This document shows positions 50,823 to 63,618 of a stretch of 64,000 nt of DNA, one piece after another. Positions within the stretch are counted from its first letter, which is position 1. Every line of letters starts with the position of its first letter. The notes below the pieces were generated by a model. That model was not told the origin of the DNA. It saw only the letters and a list, made by a program, of their open reading frames with translations, and did not search any database. Both the position numbers and the translations under genes were made by a program. The stretch comes from Gnetum montanum (taxonomy: Eukaryota; Plantae; Gnetophyta), in assembly GCA_015680685.1 (NCBI GenBank), contig MNCI01002402.1, positions 186,001-250,000 on the forward strand. Reading direction: 5' to 3'.

Positions 50823-52477
50823 TAAAACACCACCAAATTTTCACCATTGTGTGTTGACTACAAATTCATCTAAGTATCAACATAAGGAAATTTTCTTCTA
50901 AGTGTTGAGACTACACTCCCCACTACTAGTACTACACTCTAGAGCATAGTCAGTATAGTTGACACAAGTAGTTCAGAATTGCAAGATTTTTCTAAGTGTG
51001 AATAGTAGCTACAAATTTTTCTAAGTGTTGGACTACACTCTAGAGTGTAGTCAGTGTAGTCAACACACCAATGGTCAATTTTGCATATTTGCCTATGTGT
51101 CAAGATAAAAGCTGTCAAGCTTGGTGAGCATGGAGGAAATAGTTCAACAAATCTTCTAACTACTGGACTACACTTTCTACTATGCACCAGAGTGTAGTTA
51201 GTGTAGTCTACATGAGGATAGCAATTTTGCAAGATTTTTCTAACTACCAATACTATGCTCTCACTACCAAGACTATGCTCCAAAGCATAGTTAGTGTAGC
51301 TAGCATTTGAGCTCAAGTTTTGCAAAATTTATCTAATGGTTGAGACTATGCTCTAGAGTGTAGCTAGTGTATTCATGTAGAACTATCTTCAAAAGCCTTC
51401 AGAACTCAACACTGGCCTTCATCTCAACTCCAACACTCCTCTAGCAAGTAAGATTAGCAATTTTCATTTGTTTAGCATCCCCCATATGTCCCAAAATTGT
51501 ACTTACAGTTAACATCACTTGGGATAGTGGATAGTGTAGTCCTAGAGTGTGGTCTCCAAAACTACACTATTTTGCATTATTTTTAAGTACGTGGTAGTCT
51601 ATTTGGCACTAGCACTTGCAATCTTGGCAATGTAATCACAATTTGGTAGTCTCACAAGGTTCATTAGAGCACACCAGTAAAACATTGTTTGCTTCAATGG
51701 GAACATAGTTGAGTGTAATGTAGTCTCAACTACCCCTCAACCATGTGGCACCCGATCTACCATTCATAGCAACCCTAACCCTATAAATACCCTAGTACTC
51801 TACATTTTAGTGATTGGCAATTCTTGCATTCAACTAGCATTTTGGAATTTGGCAAACTTAGAGTGCATTTGGTATTTGAGCAAACTCCAAGCTAGCATTT
51901 GGCATCATTACACACCATAGCCCACTATAGGCCACCGTAGCCCATTATAGCCCACTACAGCCCACAAGACATTACAACAACCAACCCAACAAGCAAGCTC
52001 TTCATAGTATATGTCAATCTTCATAGTCTAAACACCCTAGGACTATGACTATGCTACCTACTATGCCTATTCATACACCACATACCTCCTCACCTTTCTT
52101 GCAGTTAACTATGCTCCCCTCATTTGGGGTGGTGCTACTTTCTCTCTCACTCACCTCCCATGCATTTTTTAGCATTTTCTCTTGGATTTTAGCATTTTAC
52201 CTACATTTTTGCTATTTTTTTCATATACTCATGCATTTGCACTATAGTTTTGCACTAGAAACTTTAACTACGCTCACCCTCATTGACAACATAAATGCTA
52301 CAAACCCCTAGCATTTGTTCTACCTCTACACTCCATAAGTCCCAGTTTGATTGATAAGACTATTTTGAGCACCCTATCTTCATTTTTAATAGGCCCTCAT
52401 GAAAACATGAGGTCAAGTTGTACATCCAAAAACCTCTTTGTGTATTAGTCTAGCCACTAATGTTTTTGGTCCCTACA
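50823..52477 (+). repeat. 3' LTR of B (about 1.65 kb)
   Basis: Follows PPT AAAGAGGGC. Starts TAAAACACC (decayed TG) and ends CCCTACA. AACCCTAACCCTATAAATA at ~51771-51789. Reverse-complement similarity to the LTRs of A. Confidence 0.9.
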
Positions 52478-52789
52478 AGGCTTGGTAAGTAAGATGAAGT
52501 TAACAAAGGAAGGGACACACTCCCATCTATTTTGATGGATGACCTCATAGCCATACTTAGCTTCCATGTCTATGCAGTCCACAAATAGGTCCACTTGGAG
52601 CTTCATGCAAATGAAATTGTACTACTTAAGGTTGAGCATTGTGTACTTAGGTTTCTGGTTGCACAACCTAAGGGATTTCCTTTGTCTTGCCATGGTAGGA
52701 TTGACGATGTGGTCAACCTGATTTTCCCATTGGGTGGGTATGACCATGAGTATTCTTAGAATGAAGGCCAAAGGCTACTTAGGGTTCAT
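52478..52789 (-). pseudogene. gag: gag of A, 5' fragment separated by the insertion of B
   Basis: ATG AAC CCT at 52789 and a YNFICMKLQ motif, homologous to 36200-36510. Confidence 0.8.
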
Positions 52790-53328
52790 GATGTGAATGG
52801 AAAAATGCAAAAGGCTACTAGTTGCAAAAGAAAGAAAATGGGTGACTTTTCTAATTCAAAAAAATGGCTAATTGTAGAACTTGCAGAAAAAATGTCTAAG
52901 TATAGGAACTGCAAGAAAATGACTAAGTGTGAAATGTGTAGAAAAAATGGCAACATGTAAAAACTGTGAAAAATGGCTAGCTATAGAAGCTACTAAAAAT
53001 GGCTATCTTTGAGACTACACTCACTATGCTAAGAGCCAACTACACTCTTTATGTTGAGAGCCAACTACACTCGCCTGAGCACCTAGAATTTAGCCAAGTG
53101 TTGAATATATGCGCTAGGGTTGCTATGTGGGGTTCTAGGGGAATCGACAATAGGGTCTAGTCTACACCCATCGATTTGTAGATAACTCCTAGGCTGCTCT
53201 CAGATCTAGCTATTGCCATGATAGGTCAACAAGGGTGTCGATTCTGCATTAGCTCAGAGCTAGCAATGGTAGTGGAAAGAGCATCCAAGACAACAACCAA
53301 TGAAGATTATAGAAGGAAATGGCACCAA

Positions 53329-53345
53329 CCCTCCTTCTAGTGCCA
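53329..53345 (-). promoter_or_regulatory. PBS of A (tRNA-Asn type)
   Basis: TGGCACTAGAAGGAGGG on the - strand, 6 nt from the LTR end. Confidence 0.85.
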
Positions 53346-53351
53346 AAAAAT

Positions 53352-55074
53352 TATAGAGACCAAAAACATCGATGACTAGAATGGGAACATCGAGAGGTTC
53401 GTAGGCACATAGCCTTGACCCTACATCCACGTCAGGGCCTACTGGAGGTAGAGACAAGATGCCCAGAATGGTCTTTTCAATCAAACAGGGACTTACAGAG
53501 TGCAATGTCATAACATTGTTAAGTGCTTACATGATAATTGTAGCATCAATAATGTTAACAAGGATGAGTGTAGTGAAGGGTTTCCCCCAAAAATAGAGGT
53601 ATCAACATACAATTATGTGCACATAGAAATGCTAGAATGTAAATAGAAATGCTAAAAATGCATGCAGAGAGAGTAAAAGATAGAGTGGAACCACCTCAAA
53701 TAGGGAGAGCATAGTTAACTACAAGAAAGATGAGGAGGTACACGGTGTACAAATAGGCATAGTAGGCAACATAATCACAATCTTAGGATGAATAAGTTAT
53801 GAAAACTAATGTCCATCATGAAGTTTGAGCTTGTCAGGATGGCCACCATGATGCCCCATGGGCTACAATGGTCTATGGTGGTGTGTAAAGGTGTCTGTTA
53901 GTGTACTAATTCTTACCCCAAACTGCTCTTGCGAAGGTGCTCTAACGAGTTTGTCAACCAAACTACCAGAATGCCAATTGCCCTTCAAATTTTGCTAACC
54001 CCTAGAACATAGCAATGGGGTATTTATATGGTTAGGGTTATCGTAAATCATGGATTGGGCACTACATGGCAATGGGGTTGTTGGGACTACCCTACACCCA
54101 ACTATGCTCTCTACTAAAGCAAATAGTCTTCTACTCTAATGTGCTCCAATGGACCTGACAAGGCTTCTAGACTATGACTATGCTATCCAATTACATGTGT
54201 GAGTGCTAAGCAAACCACGATGTACCTAAAAAATGCAAAACAATGTAAGTTTGGAGACTACTCTCTAGGACTATGCTATCAATTATGTGAAGTGGCGTCA
54301 AGTGTAGGTATAATTTGAGAATAAATGGGTGTGCAAAAAGAAATGAAATTTGTTGATCCTACTTGCCAAAGATCTAGGAGTTGATGTAGATGTCAATGCT
54401 ACATTCTAGAGGCCTCTAGAGGTTTTTTTACATGACTCACTTGAGTACACTCTAGAGCATAGTCTCAATAGTTAGAAAATTTTGCAAAAAAATGCATTTC
54501 CATGCTAATTACACTCTAGAGAGTAGTCCTAATAGTAGGGAGCATAGTCCTAGCACTTGGGAGAAATTTCTATAGAAATTAGGCTTCCAATTGACTATGC
54601 TTTAGGGAAGTGGAGAGGATAGCCTCAAAAGTTAGAAAAAATCACAAAAAACTAGGCCTTGAAACTATCTCAATGCTTAAAAAATCTACCAAACTATTTC
54701 TTCCATGTCAACTATGCTTGACTACACTCCAATGTAGTGGAGAGTGTAGTCTTTACCAAACTATTTCTTTCATGCTCACAAGGCTCTACAGCCACTAGCT
54801 TAACACTTAGGAAAATTTTCAAACTAGCCATTTCTATGTTGACTACACTAGGTCCCAACATTAGAGAGCATAGTCTCAACACTTAGAATTTGTAGCTACT
54901 ATCTTGATGCTTAGAAAAAATCTTGCAAACCTAGACCTATGTTGTAGACTACACTCTAGAGCATAGTCCCAATAGTGAAGCACGTAGGCCTAACACTTAG
55001 AAAAAATTATCTTCTGTTGACACTTAGACAAATTTGTAGTTGAGATGTAGTGGCCCAAATTTGTTGGTGATTCA
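53352..55074 (-). repeat. 5' LTR of A (about 1.72 kb)
   Basis: Collinear with 17883-19623; starts TGAATCACC on the - strand. Confidence 0.92.
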
Positions 55075-57054
55075 TTATTGACACCTCCTTGGTGTTAATC
55101 TTATCAACATTCCAGTCCTCATCAAACCAGTCGTAAATCCTACATTGCTTGTATGCCTTTGGATAATGATTGATGTAGGCCTCAAAATTGTGCCCTAGCT
55201 ACTCAATCACAACCACTTGAACATTTGTGCTAGATGAGAATACCTCTAAGGTAGTTTAGGTTAAGGCTAGAGTGTCTAAATCATCATGCAGACCATCTTC
55301 ATTAACTTTGAACTTGGCATCAACCATAGAACCATTAGCAATTTAACATGAACAAATAGCACAAAACACTGCAAGTGCCATAGAAGCACTTAATCTCCAA
55401 TGTAGTAGAATATTCTAGGTAGGTTCTAGAATAGAGTGTGCACCTACAGTGCAACAAAAAGGATGTTGTTCTTATTATAATAAGTAAACCCCATCATGTG
55501 ACACACTCTGGATAGCTAATGAGCACTCGTGGGACCTCTGCTTAAGCCTCCTAGGCCATCAAAGCTGCCAACAAGCTCATCTGAGATGAACTTTAGAATG
55601 TTTTGATTAGCCCCAAGTAGTAACATCTCAGTGATAGCACTAGCAACCTTAATTGCCAAGTGTAACCACATCATACTAAACTACTACAATAATTAATCCA
55701 AGAACTACTAGGCTCCTAGCCAAAACCACATCACCTAATGATCCACTCACATGTTTAGTGCAAGCATGTTGGGGATGGGTTCACTCATGCAACACAAGAT
55801 ACCCAAGAGCTCAACTACGACCAAAATGGGCTTCAGCAATACCTTGTAGTCATCAACCAATAAGCAAAGTGTTAGTATACATGCATAGATGCAAATTTTG
55901 ATATACATACAATAAAATACTAACATAAATTAATAAACTATGTAATTTTGACAATAAACAAAAGGGGCCTTATGAGTGTAGGACATCAGTTAACTCATTG
56001 AATGCCTAGCACTCATTAGGGTACAACATGTTTACATTTTTTAGGTTTAACATTGTGCATAATTAATGAAATTTTAGCTAACTTTGGACTACCCCAACTA
56101 TGCTCTAGAGCATGGAGAGTGTAGTCCCAAAAAATAGACATTTTGGCAAACACTTAGAAATAACTACACTCTCAATGCATAGAGAGCATAGTCTTAGCCA
56201 TGGTAGTGAAGAGTGTAGTCTCCATGCAACATTGTACCTATCATGCCTACCAAGTGCCACTATGGTCCTCTCCCTTCTCTTACTATTGCCACAGGATGCA
56301 ATCCATAGTAACCCTAGTGTGAGCAGAAAACACAAGGTACACACTAGAAACCCCAGAGCATAGTCTCACGGGGTTGAAACTCTCATGCATGGAAGAGGGA
56401 AATAGCCAACAAGTTAGAAGTGTCATGTGGCAAAGCCCACAAAACCTCTAAATCATGCCAACAATGCCAATATCCTTGGGCTTGTGGCCTAGAGCATAGT
56501 TCATGGGGTTGTCCCTACAAAAATGAACAAAAAAGAAAAAAATGAGGGGGATGAATAGATAAATCTCCCCCTTGCCCCCCACCATGCTAGTCTTAGCATC
56601 TCCCACCAAATGTCGATGGTAGTCGTGGCCCCTGTGATCGCACCACAAAGCATAATCTACCAAGCCCTAGATCCAAAACATAAAAAAAGAGAGAGAGAGA
56701 AAATAACATAAAACCCTACCTCCCTGCATCAAATACATAGTCGAACCAGTGCCCAAAATCCCAAAAGAAGCAAAACTCCTCCCTACCACCATGTTGCACC
56801 ACAAATGGCACATGGCCACATTGGCTACCATCACAACGGGGTGTGCATGTGGTGTCATGGGGCTAAACTCTTGAAACCCTTATAAAATTCTAAAAAATAG
56901 AAACAAAGACAAGATGGAGAGTGTATTCAACATACTTGGTCGATGCCTAGAGCCTCCTCTCCTCCATGCATGCCTACAGTAGGTGGCTTAGCATCCTCTT
57001 GTCCTTAGCAATGTTTGTCAACCCTAGGTGAAGGCATGTGCTATGGCACATCAT
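55075..57054 (-). pseudogene. Accessory gene of H, 5' part (exon 1 57054-56936, intron 1, exon 2 ~55845-55393, start of exon 3)
   Basis: VLLKPILVVVELLGIL at ~55800-55845. Exon 1 is homologous to 25786-25904, with a donor at 56935. Confidence 0.82.
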
Positions 57055-57585
57055 CTTTTCCTACAACTACACTCTTCACTAGTAGCAACAACAGAAAGCA
57101 ACAACAAGACTATGCTCTCCACATTACAATAAAGGTAAAAATAATGAAGTTACCATGGTAAATTCTTATTTATATACTCTCACAGGGTTATTAATGATCC
57201 ACCAACCTAGGACTACACTCACCACCAAGCACCCTACTACCAAGCATGGAGAGCATAGTTGGGTGAGAGCATAGTCAAACATCTTGAGCCCAAAACCAGG
57301 ATTTTTCACTACCCTACAAATGCGCAAGTTAATTCCATTCTCAATCATGACTAACCCTCCTTGCAATGGCATGTTTGGCACATTCACAACCTTCCAAGGC
57401 CTAAAACTAGTGTGGATATAGCCTACCAAGGCCTAAAACTAGCAAAAACATGTTTACCTCCCATAGCAACTTGCATGCATGCTTAATCAAATTTCATTGG
57501 ATTGATTTTTCTCATTCATGCATATTAACTTTGTCAAAATAGGTACCACTTGATGTTTTTCTAGTTTATTTTGTAGGAAGATGAC

Positions 57586-60500
57586 ATGGCTATGCAGGAG
57601 TAGAGCTTATCATCCTTGGTCCTCACAAGGCCTTACGATGATATTAAGCAATGCATTGACCCTCATTGCCTAGACCTCGATCCTATAACCTACAATGAGT
57701 AAATAGCATCCATAGAAGCACCACTAGACTGGCCCAACCATCTAGTTAAGGCTCTCAACTTAGAGGCAAGGGACATCACAGAGGATCCCCTTGTCAAGGT
57801 CCCTATGGCAATGCATAGTGGCAAGGCAAGAACACTAAAAATAAGCTCCTCACTAGAACCCCAACATTCTCATGACATCACTAAATTACTTAATGATAAC
57901 ATCAAATAATTTGCATGGTCATACGAGGACATTCTAGGCCTAAATCCCTAGCTAGTCCAACATAACATCATCCTTGATCCCTGCATCAAACCACTTAAGC
58001 AGAAAGCATGCAAGGTTAGACTTGACATGGTGTTGGCAGTCTGTGATGAGGTAACCAAGCATTACAAAGCTAGTTTCATCCAAGCTATTAACTATGAAAA
58101 CTAGATCTCCAACATTGTAGTTGTGCCCAAGAAAAATGAAAGTATATGAATTTTCATAGACTTTCGAAACTTAAACAAGGCAAATATCAAAGATGACTTC
58201 CCATTGCCTAGTATTGATCAACTAATCAATACAACTGTCATACATGCCTTGTTATCCTTCATGGATGGGTTCTCAAGCTACAATCATATTAGGATCAACC
58301 TAGAGCACCAACTCAGTACAACCTTCATGACCTCCTAGGGTACGTTTTGCTACACAATGATGCTTTTTGAACTAAAGAACGCAATAGCAACATACCAATA
58401 TGCAATGACGTACATTTTTAGCGATTACATGCTAAGTGTGCTCAATAACTACATAGATGATATTCCAATTAAGTCCAAAGTGGTCCAAAGCCATGAAAAT
58501 GACTTAGACTTAATGCTTAAATGCTACCTAAAACACAAGCTTAGGTTAAACCCAAAAAATATGTTTTCAGCATTAGAACAGGTAGGATGCTTGGCTTATT
58601 AGTATTTAAAGCAAGTATATGCATGGATCCTAACAAGGTTAAGGCCATAACCAATTTAGCACCACTAGCTAAGCTTAAGGAGCTATGAGGGTTACAAGGT
58701 AAAATATAATTCATATGCAAGCTTATCGCTTGGTTAACTAACAAGCTACAACCAATGTAACATTGCTTAAGAAAGGAGTCCACTTTTAGTGGACTACTTA
58801 ATGCCAATAGGCATTTGACAACATTAAGTAAGAGCTAGCACAACTACCTACAATTCACCCTTCACAAGTAGATAAGCCTTTATACATCTACCTTGCCATT
58901 TCTGACACATCCATTGCTTCTCTACTTTGCCAAAAGTGAGATGATGGCATAGAGGTCCTAGTCTACTACCTAAGACATGCATTAGTAGCCCATGAAATGA
59001 GATACAATGACATGGAGAAGTATTTTCTTGCCCTAGTCTTCACTAAAGAAGTGAAGCATTACCTTTTCCATAGCTAGGTTAACATCATTTGCAAGAACAA
59101 TGGAATTCAAGCTATAACAACAAACATCTACAAAAGCAGTCAATTGCATGGTGGAAAGAAAAAATAGTGGAATTTGGCCTGCATTATTTCATGCAAGCCT
59201 TAATTAAAGGTCAAGCAATATCTACACAACTTACAACTTGACTGGTAGATGATCAAGCTACCATAGACCCTGAGTTTCCAAACGAGCATGTTAGTAATAT
59301 TAGCTAAGTGCTTGACAACTATGAGGCACACCTACATTTTGATGGAGCTTCAACCTCTCAAGGGGGATTGTTGTTGCTATTATCACATTTTCCTCCAAGG
59401 AGATCTGACCCTTCACATATTGTTTCACATTTCCTTACACCAACAACATGGTGAAGTATGAAGGTCTTCTCTGATCCAAGGTGATTCACAACTAGTGATC
59501 AATCAAGTAACAGAAGTCTACACCTGTAAAGCATAACATTTATAGCCTTACTACAACCTAGGAACACACTTGCTCCAACACTTTACAATTGCTAATGTCC
59601 AACATGTTCCCCAAAGTAAAATTGCCATTGCTAATGCACTTGCACCATTATCCTTAACATATCACCTAGCATGTTCAACACATTATCCACCTCGATGATG
59701 AATTGCACTACACCTATCATGCAAACCATTGAAGATGCATCCATAGCCACAGTTAACACCACCCATGCAAAAGAGTCGTACGATGACACCATGGTGTACC
59801 TCCTACAAGGTGAGCCTCCACAAAACTGAACTACTACTCAAAAGGACACAACACCCAAACATTCGTAGTAGTATGTCATCGTAGGTGATAACAAGTTTTG
59901 TCGCAGATACCATGATGGCATAATGCTAACCTACATAACCAAACATTAAGCAAAAACAATCATTGAGCAAGTCCACAGAGGGCTGTGAAGAGGTCACATA
60001 GCACCTAGGACAATGGTAGCAAACATCAAGTGACTAGGCTACTATTGGCCTTACATGAATAGTAATTACATCTAGAAATTCAAAACATGCAACACTTATC
60101 ACTGGCGTAGCAACTTAAAGCACATGCGAGTAACTAAATTGCATATAATGCAAATCATGTGGTCATTCCAACACTGGGGCTTAGACATCATCAAACCCAT
60201 AACACCTAAGTCCTTCACTAGGCATAGCTTCATAATAACCACAACGGAATATTTCACCAAGTGGGTTGAAGCTATTCCCCTTAGGAAGATGACATCACAG
60301 CAAGTTTGCAAGTTCATGTTACATAACATAAAGACCTATTTTGACTTGCCCATGACCATAGTGATGAATAATGGATCATAGTTAGCAGCATTGAAACAAA
60401 AGCCTTTTGTGAGCACTTTGGCATTAAACACTCATTTTCATTACCATACTACCCTAAGGAAAATGGCCAAGTAGAAGCTACCAACAAGGTCATCATCAAC

Positions 60501-61032
60501 CTCCTCAAGAAGTTGCTAAGCAATAGCAAATGAGAATGGCATGAGCAACTAGTCTACACACTTTGGGCCTACCACACAGTGCATCAAACAGCAACAGGTA
60601 TGATTCCTTACAACCTCATCTACAAATCTAAAGTAGTTTTTCCACTTGAATTGTAGGTTTCATTGCTTTGGATAATCCTCTTGGACTTCATTGATGAAGG
60701 TCAGAACAATAAGTTGAGAATCATAGAGCTTGACTCAATGGAGAAGGAGTACATGCATACACTTGATCACATTGAACGGTATTAAGAAATGCAATGGCAA
60801 AAGCATCACCACAACTCCTAGATAAATTCTCAAGGCCATTTTCTTAATCAAGAAAGGGGACATAGTCCTCAAGGCCATTTGCAAACTCATAGATAAATTC
60901 TCAGCCAATTGGGAAAGGCCTTTCCTGCTCACTAATGCCTATCCCAATAGAGCATTTAAGCTTGTTGATTAAGATGAAAACAAGTTTCTCAATCCAATGA
61001 ATCATTTACACTTAAATTTGTACTATATCTAG
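57586..61032 (+). pseudogene. pol: pol of H: RT, RNase H, archaeal-type RNase H, integrase
   Basis: LSFMDGFSSYNHI, LNNYIDDI, LHFDGAS, WSFQHWGLDII, EYFTKWVEAIPL and NGQVEATNK motifs; stop at 61032. Confidence 0.95.
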
Positions 61033-61079
61033 CATGCAGCACCACACATTAATGAAGCAATATAAGCATTCATTTACTA

Positions 61080-61415
61080 ATATGTTAAATTAGCACAATT
61101 CATCTACTAAGATGTTAAACTGGCATAGAGGTTTGCTATGACTATAAACTAGCACATCTCATCCTTGGGTCACAACGTTAAACTAGCACAAGCATCTACT
61201 AAGACTATAAACTAGCAATCCACCATGACTTTAAAATAATAGTTTTCCATGACTCTAAAGTGGCACAACATGTCCACTAAGATGTTAAACTAGCATAGAG
61301 CAGTTTACTAGGACTATAAACTAGCATACCATGGTCTACTAGGACCTTAAACTGAGCCCAACAATATGCTAGGACTATAAGTTAGTAAAGTCATGGTCAA
61401 CTAAGACCTTAAAAT
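61080..61415 (+). repeat. TAAACTAGCA tandem array downstream of integrase in H
   Basis: About 11 units of CTA(A/T/G)GA(C/T)...TAAACTRGCA. Confidence 0.88.
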
Positions 61416-62509
61416 GCATTCATGATTAGTCATTAATAATTTTTTTCATCCTTCTGCAAGCAAGCAAGAAAGCATACTACAACTCTCCTTCCATACCAAG
61501 CGAGCAAGCACACTACAGTTCCACAATAAAGAACTTGCAATCTATGCAACCTATGTTGTTGATGTGGCCTTCTACATTCTATCATCTACAATATATTTAT
61601 ATTTATGTATTATATGGTCTTCTTATCTTCTTAAAATTTTGTTTACAAGATGAAGCCCTAGGCAGCTGTACAAAGGTGCATCTCATCATAGCAATAAGTC
61701 ACCACATCACTTTGATGTGTATGATTAGACTAGCTAAACCTTTCAAGAGTGCATATCCCTACTATCCCATTATAGCCTACTCCTACATCCTAATATCCTT
61801 TCATTCCTCACATAGCAAAGATTGCAAGCCTTTTTTACACTCATGTGTTGTGACCACATGACACCCTCTTCAAATCGAGCTTCAAAACCCAAGGTAGATG
61901 TAACATGAGTTGTCCTGTGGGAAGCCTATGTCGACTAGTCAAAGCATAGGCAAGTGTAACATAAGTCATCCTTGGGAGGAAACACTTGTCATATAGACAC
62001 AATGGAGTTTCACCAATAACAAAGCACTTGATGGGAAGCACTTCATAGTAGGCATTTAATAACATGCAAAGCCCAAAGAAGGTTCACCTAGCCAAATCAA
62101 GGGGGGAAAGCATGTTACTAAGTAATCCAGCAACAAAGTAGTTTTGTAGCTAGCCCAACCTTGAACCTGCACCTTGACTCTCTCATAAGCACTCCAACAA
62201 GAGGTTAACATTTTCAAGGGCAAGCCACTCTAGTGTCATAATCACCATCAACTGTGATGTCCTCACATCATAACATCTTGTTTACATCTCATCTTCCCTT
62301 TTATTCCTAGCACATCACCTAGGCCTTTTACTCCCACTTCTCACCTACCATCTAGCATGCCACTATCCATAACACTCTTTGAGCATGATGTGGCAACATC
62401 TAATCACACACTAAAGAGAAATGTTGGTGCCAAGTCTACTATGGTGTTTTTTAGTTCTTCGTCAATGTCTCTCAAGTCACTCCTCCAAATGTCAACAAAG
62501 AGGGGCCAA

Positions 62510-63618
62510 TGAAACACCATCAAATTTGGACTATGGCATCCCAATTGCAAATTTTGGCAAAAAGTGGAAACTATGCTCAACCCCTCTATAGAGCATAGAG
62601 AGCATAGTCTCCTAGAGCATAGTTAATTAGAGGGAAAAATCTTAAAATTTTGCCTAAGTGTTGAGACTATGCTCTCCCCCATGCACACCATTCCAGAGTG
62701 TAGTCAGCCTCTTGTGGGGAGCATAGTCAATAGGATATTAGCTTCACAACTTTTACTAAGCATCAAGACTACACTCACCCCTAGTTGGGAGCATAGTCAA
62801 CCTCTTAGGGAGACTATAGTCTACAAAAAAATCATTTTCTTCATAGATTTCACTAGCAGTGAGACTATGCTCTCCCTCAACCTAAAGTGTAGTCACTTTT
62901 GAGAGGAGCATAATCATCAAGGACAATCTCCAGTGGCCTTCATAGTGTGGAAATGATGCTCAACTCAGCTCCAGAATGTATTAAACTCACCTTCGCAAGT
63001 GTAGATGGTAAGATACTTTTCTTTATCCCCTATTGCCCCAAAATTGTAACTAGGCTTAACCCCACGTGAGAGCATGGAGAGTATAGTCCCACAAAGCATA
63101 ATATCTAAGTGTTATCTTTTAGGTACCTCATGGTCCTCTTGATGCACACACATGTTGTTGGTAGCATAGTCATAGTCTCATAGTCCCACAAAGTCTAGCA
63201 AAGCACAACAAAGCTCAACATCATTAGCCCCATTAGTACATTGCATAAATAGTAACTACACTGAGCATAGTCCTAATCATCCCATCCACCACATGACAAC
63301 CATCCCATATTTCCCACTGACCCTAACCCTATAAATACCTACGTCTTTAATGTAGTAAAGGTTTGACCTTGTATGTGATCAAGGGCATATTGGCAAATGA
63401 GAAAAGAGGCAAAGTTACAAACCACCGCAAACCATCTTGCATCAAAACTACAACTAACCATCCTACACCCTTATTATGTTTGGTAAGTTCTTATTCAATC
63501 AACCAAACCATTCAAGGCACCCCATCTCTACCTTCAGCAGGCCCTCACATGGATTCAAGGTTAGGTTGTGTGCCCATGAACCTCGGTGTTCCAACTACTG
63601 ATGTTTTCAATCATTACA
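62510..63618 (+). repeat. 3' LTR of H (about 1.1 kb)
   Basis: PPT AAAGAGGGGC at 62497-62506, start TGAAACACC, CCCTAACCCTATAAATA at ~63321-63337, end TCATTACA. Confidence 0.88.

Larger units (their letters stand above)
35557..52477 (+). mobile_element. Element B: family member nested in the gag gene of A; most of its 5' LTR is deleted
   Basis: LTR remnant 35557-35677, decayed PBS 35684-35700, gag-PR, antisense accessory gene, pol, PPT 50810-50818 and 3' LTR 50823-52477. The A gag continues on both sides. Confidence 0.9.
17883..55074 (-). mobile_element. Element A: full-length family member (about 20 kb without the nested B), inserted in exon 3 of the accessory gene of H
   Basis: Paired LTRs at 17883-19623 and 53352-55074. 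The flanks CTACT and TTATT differ only by two C/T transitions. PBS, gag-PR, accessory gene, RT-RH-aRH-INT and PPT occur in order. Confidence 0.9.
10720..63618 (+). mobile_element. Element H: host retrotransposon of the same family, interrupted by E1, E2 and A; its gag and 5' LTR should lie left of the window
   Basis: Its accessory gene reads continuously across the E2 and A insertion sites, and is followed by pol 57586-61032, PPT 62497-62506 and 3' LTR 62510-63618. Confidence 0.87.
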
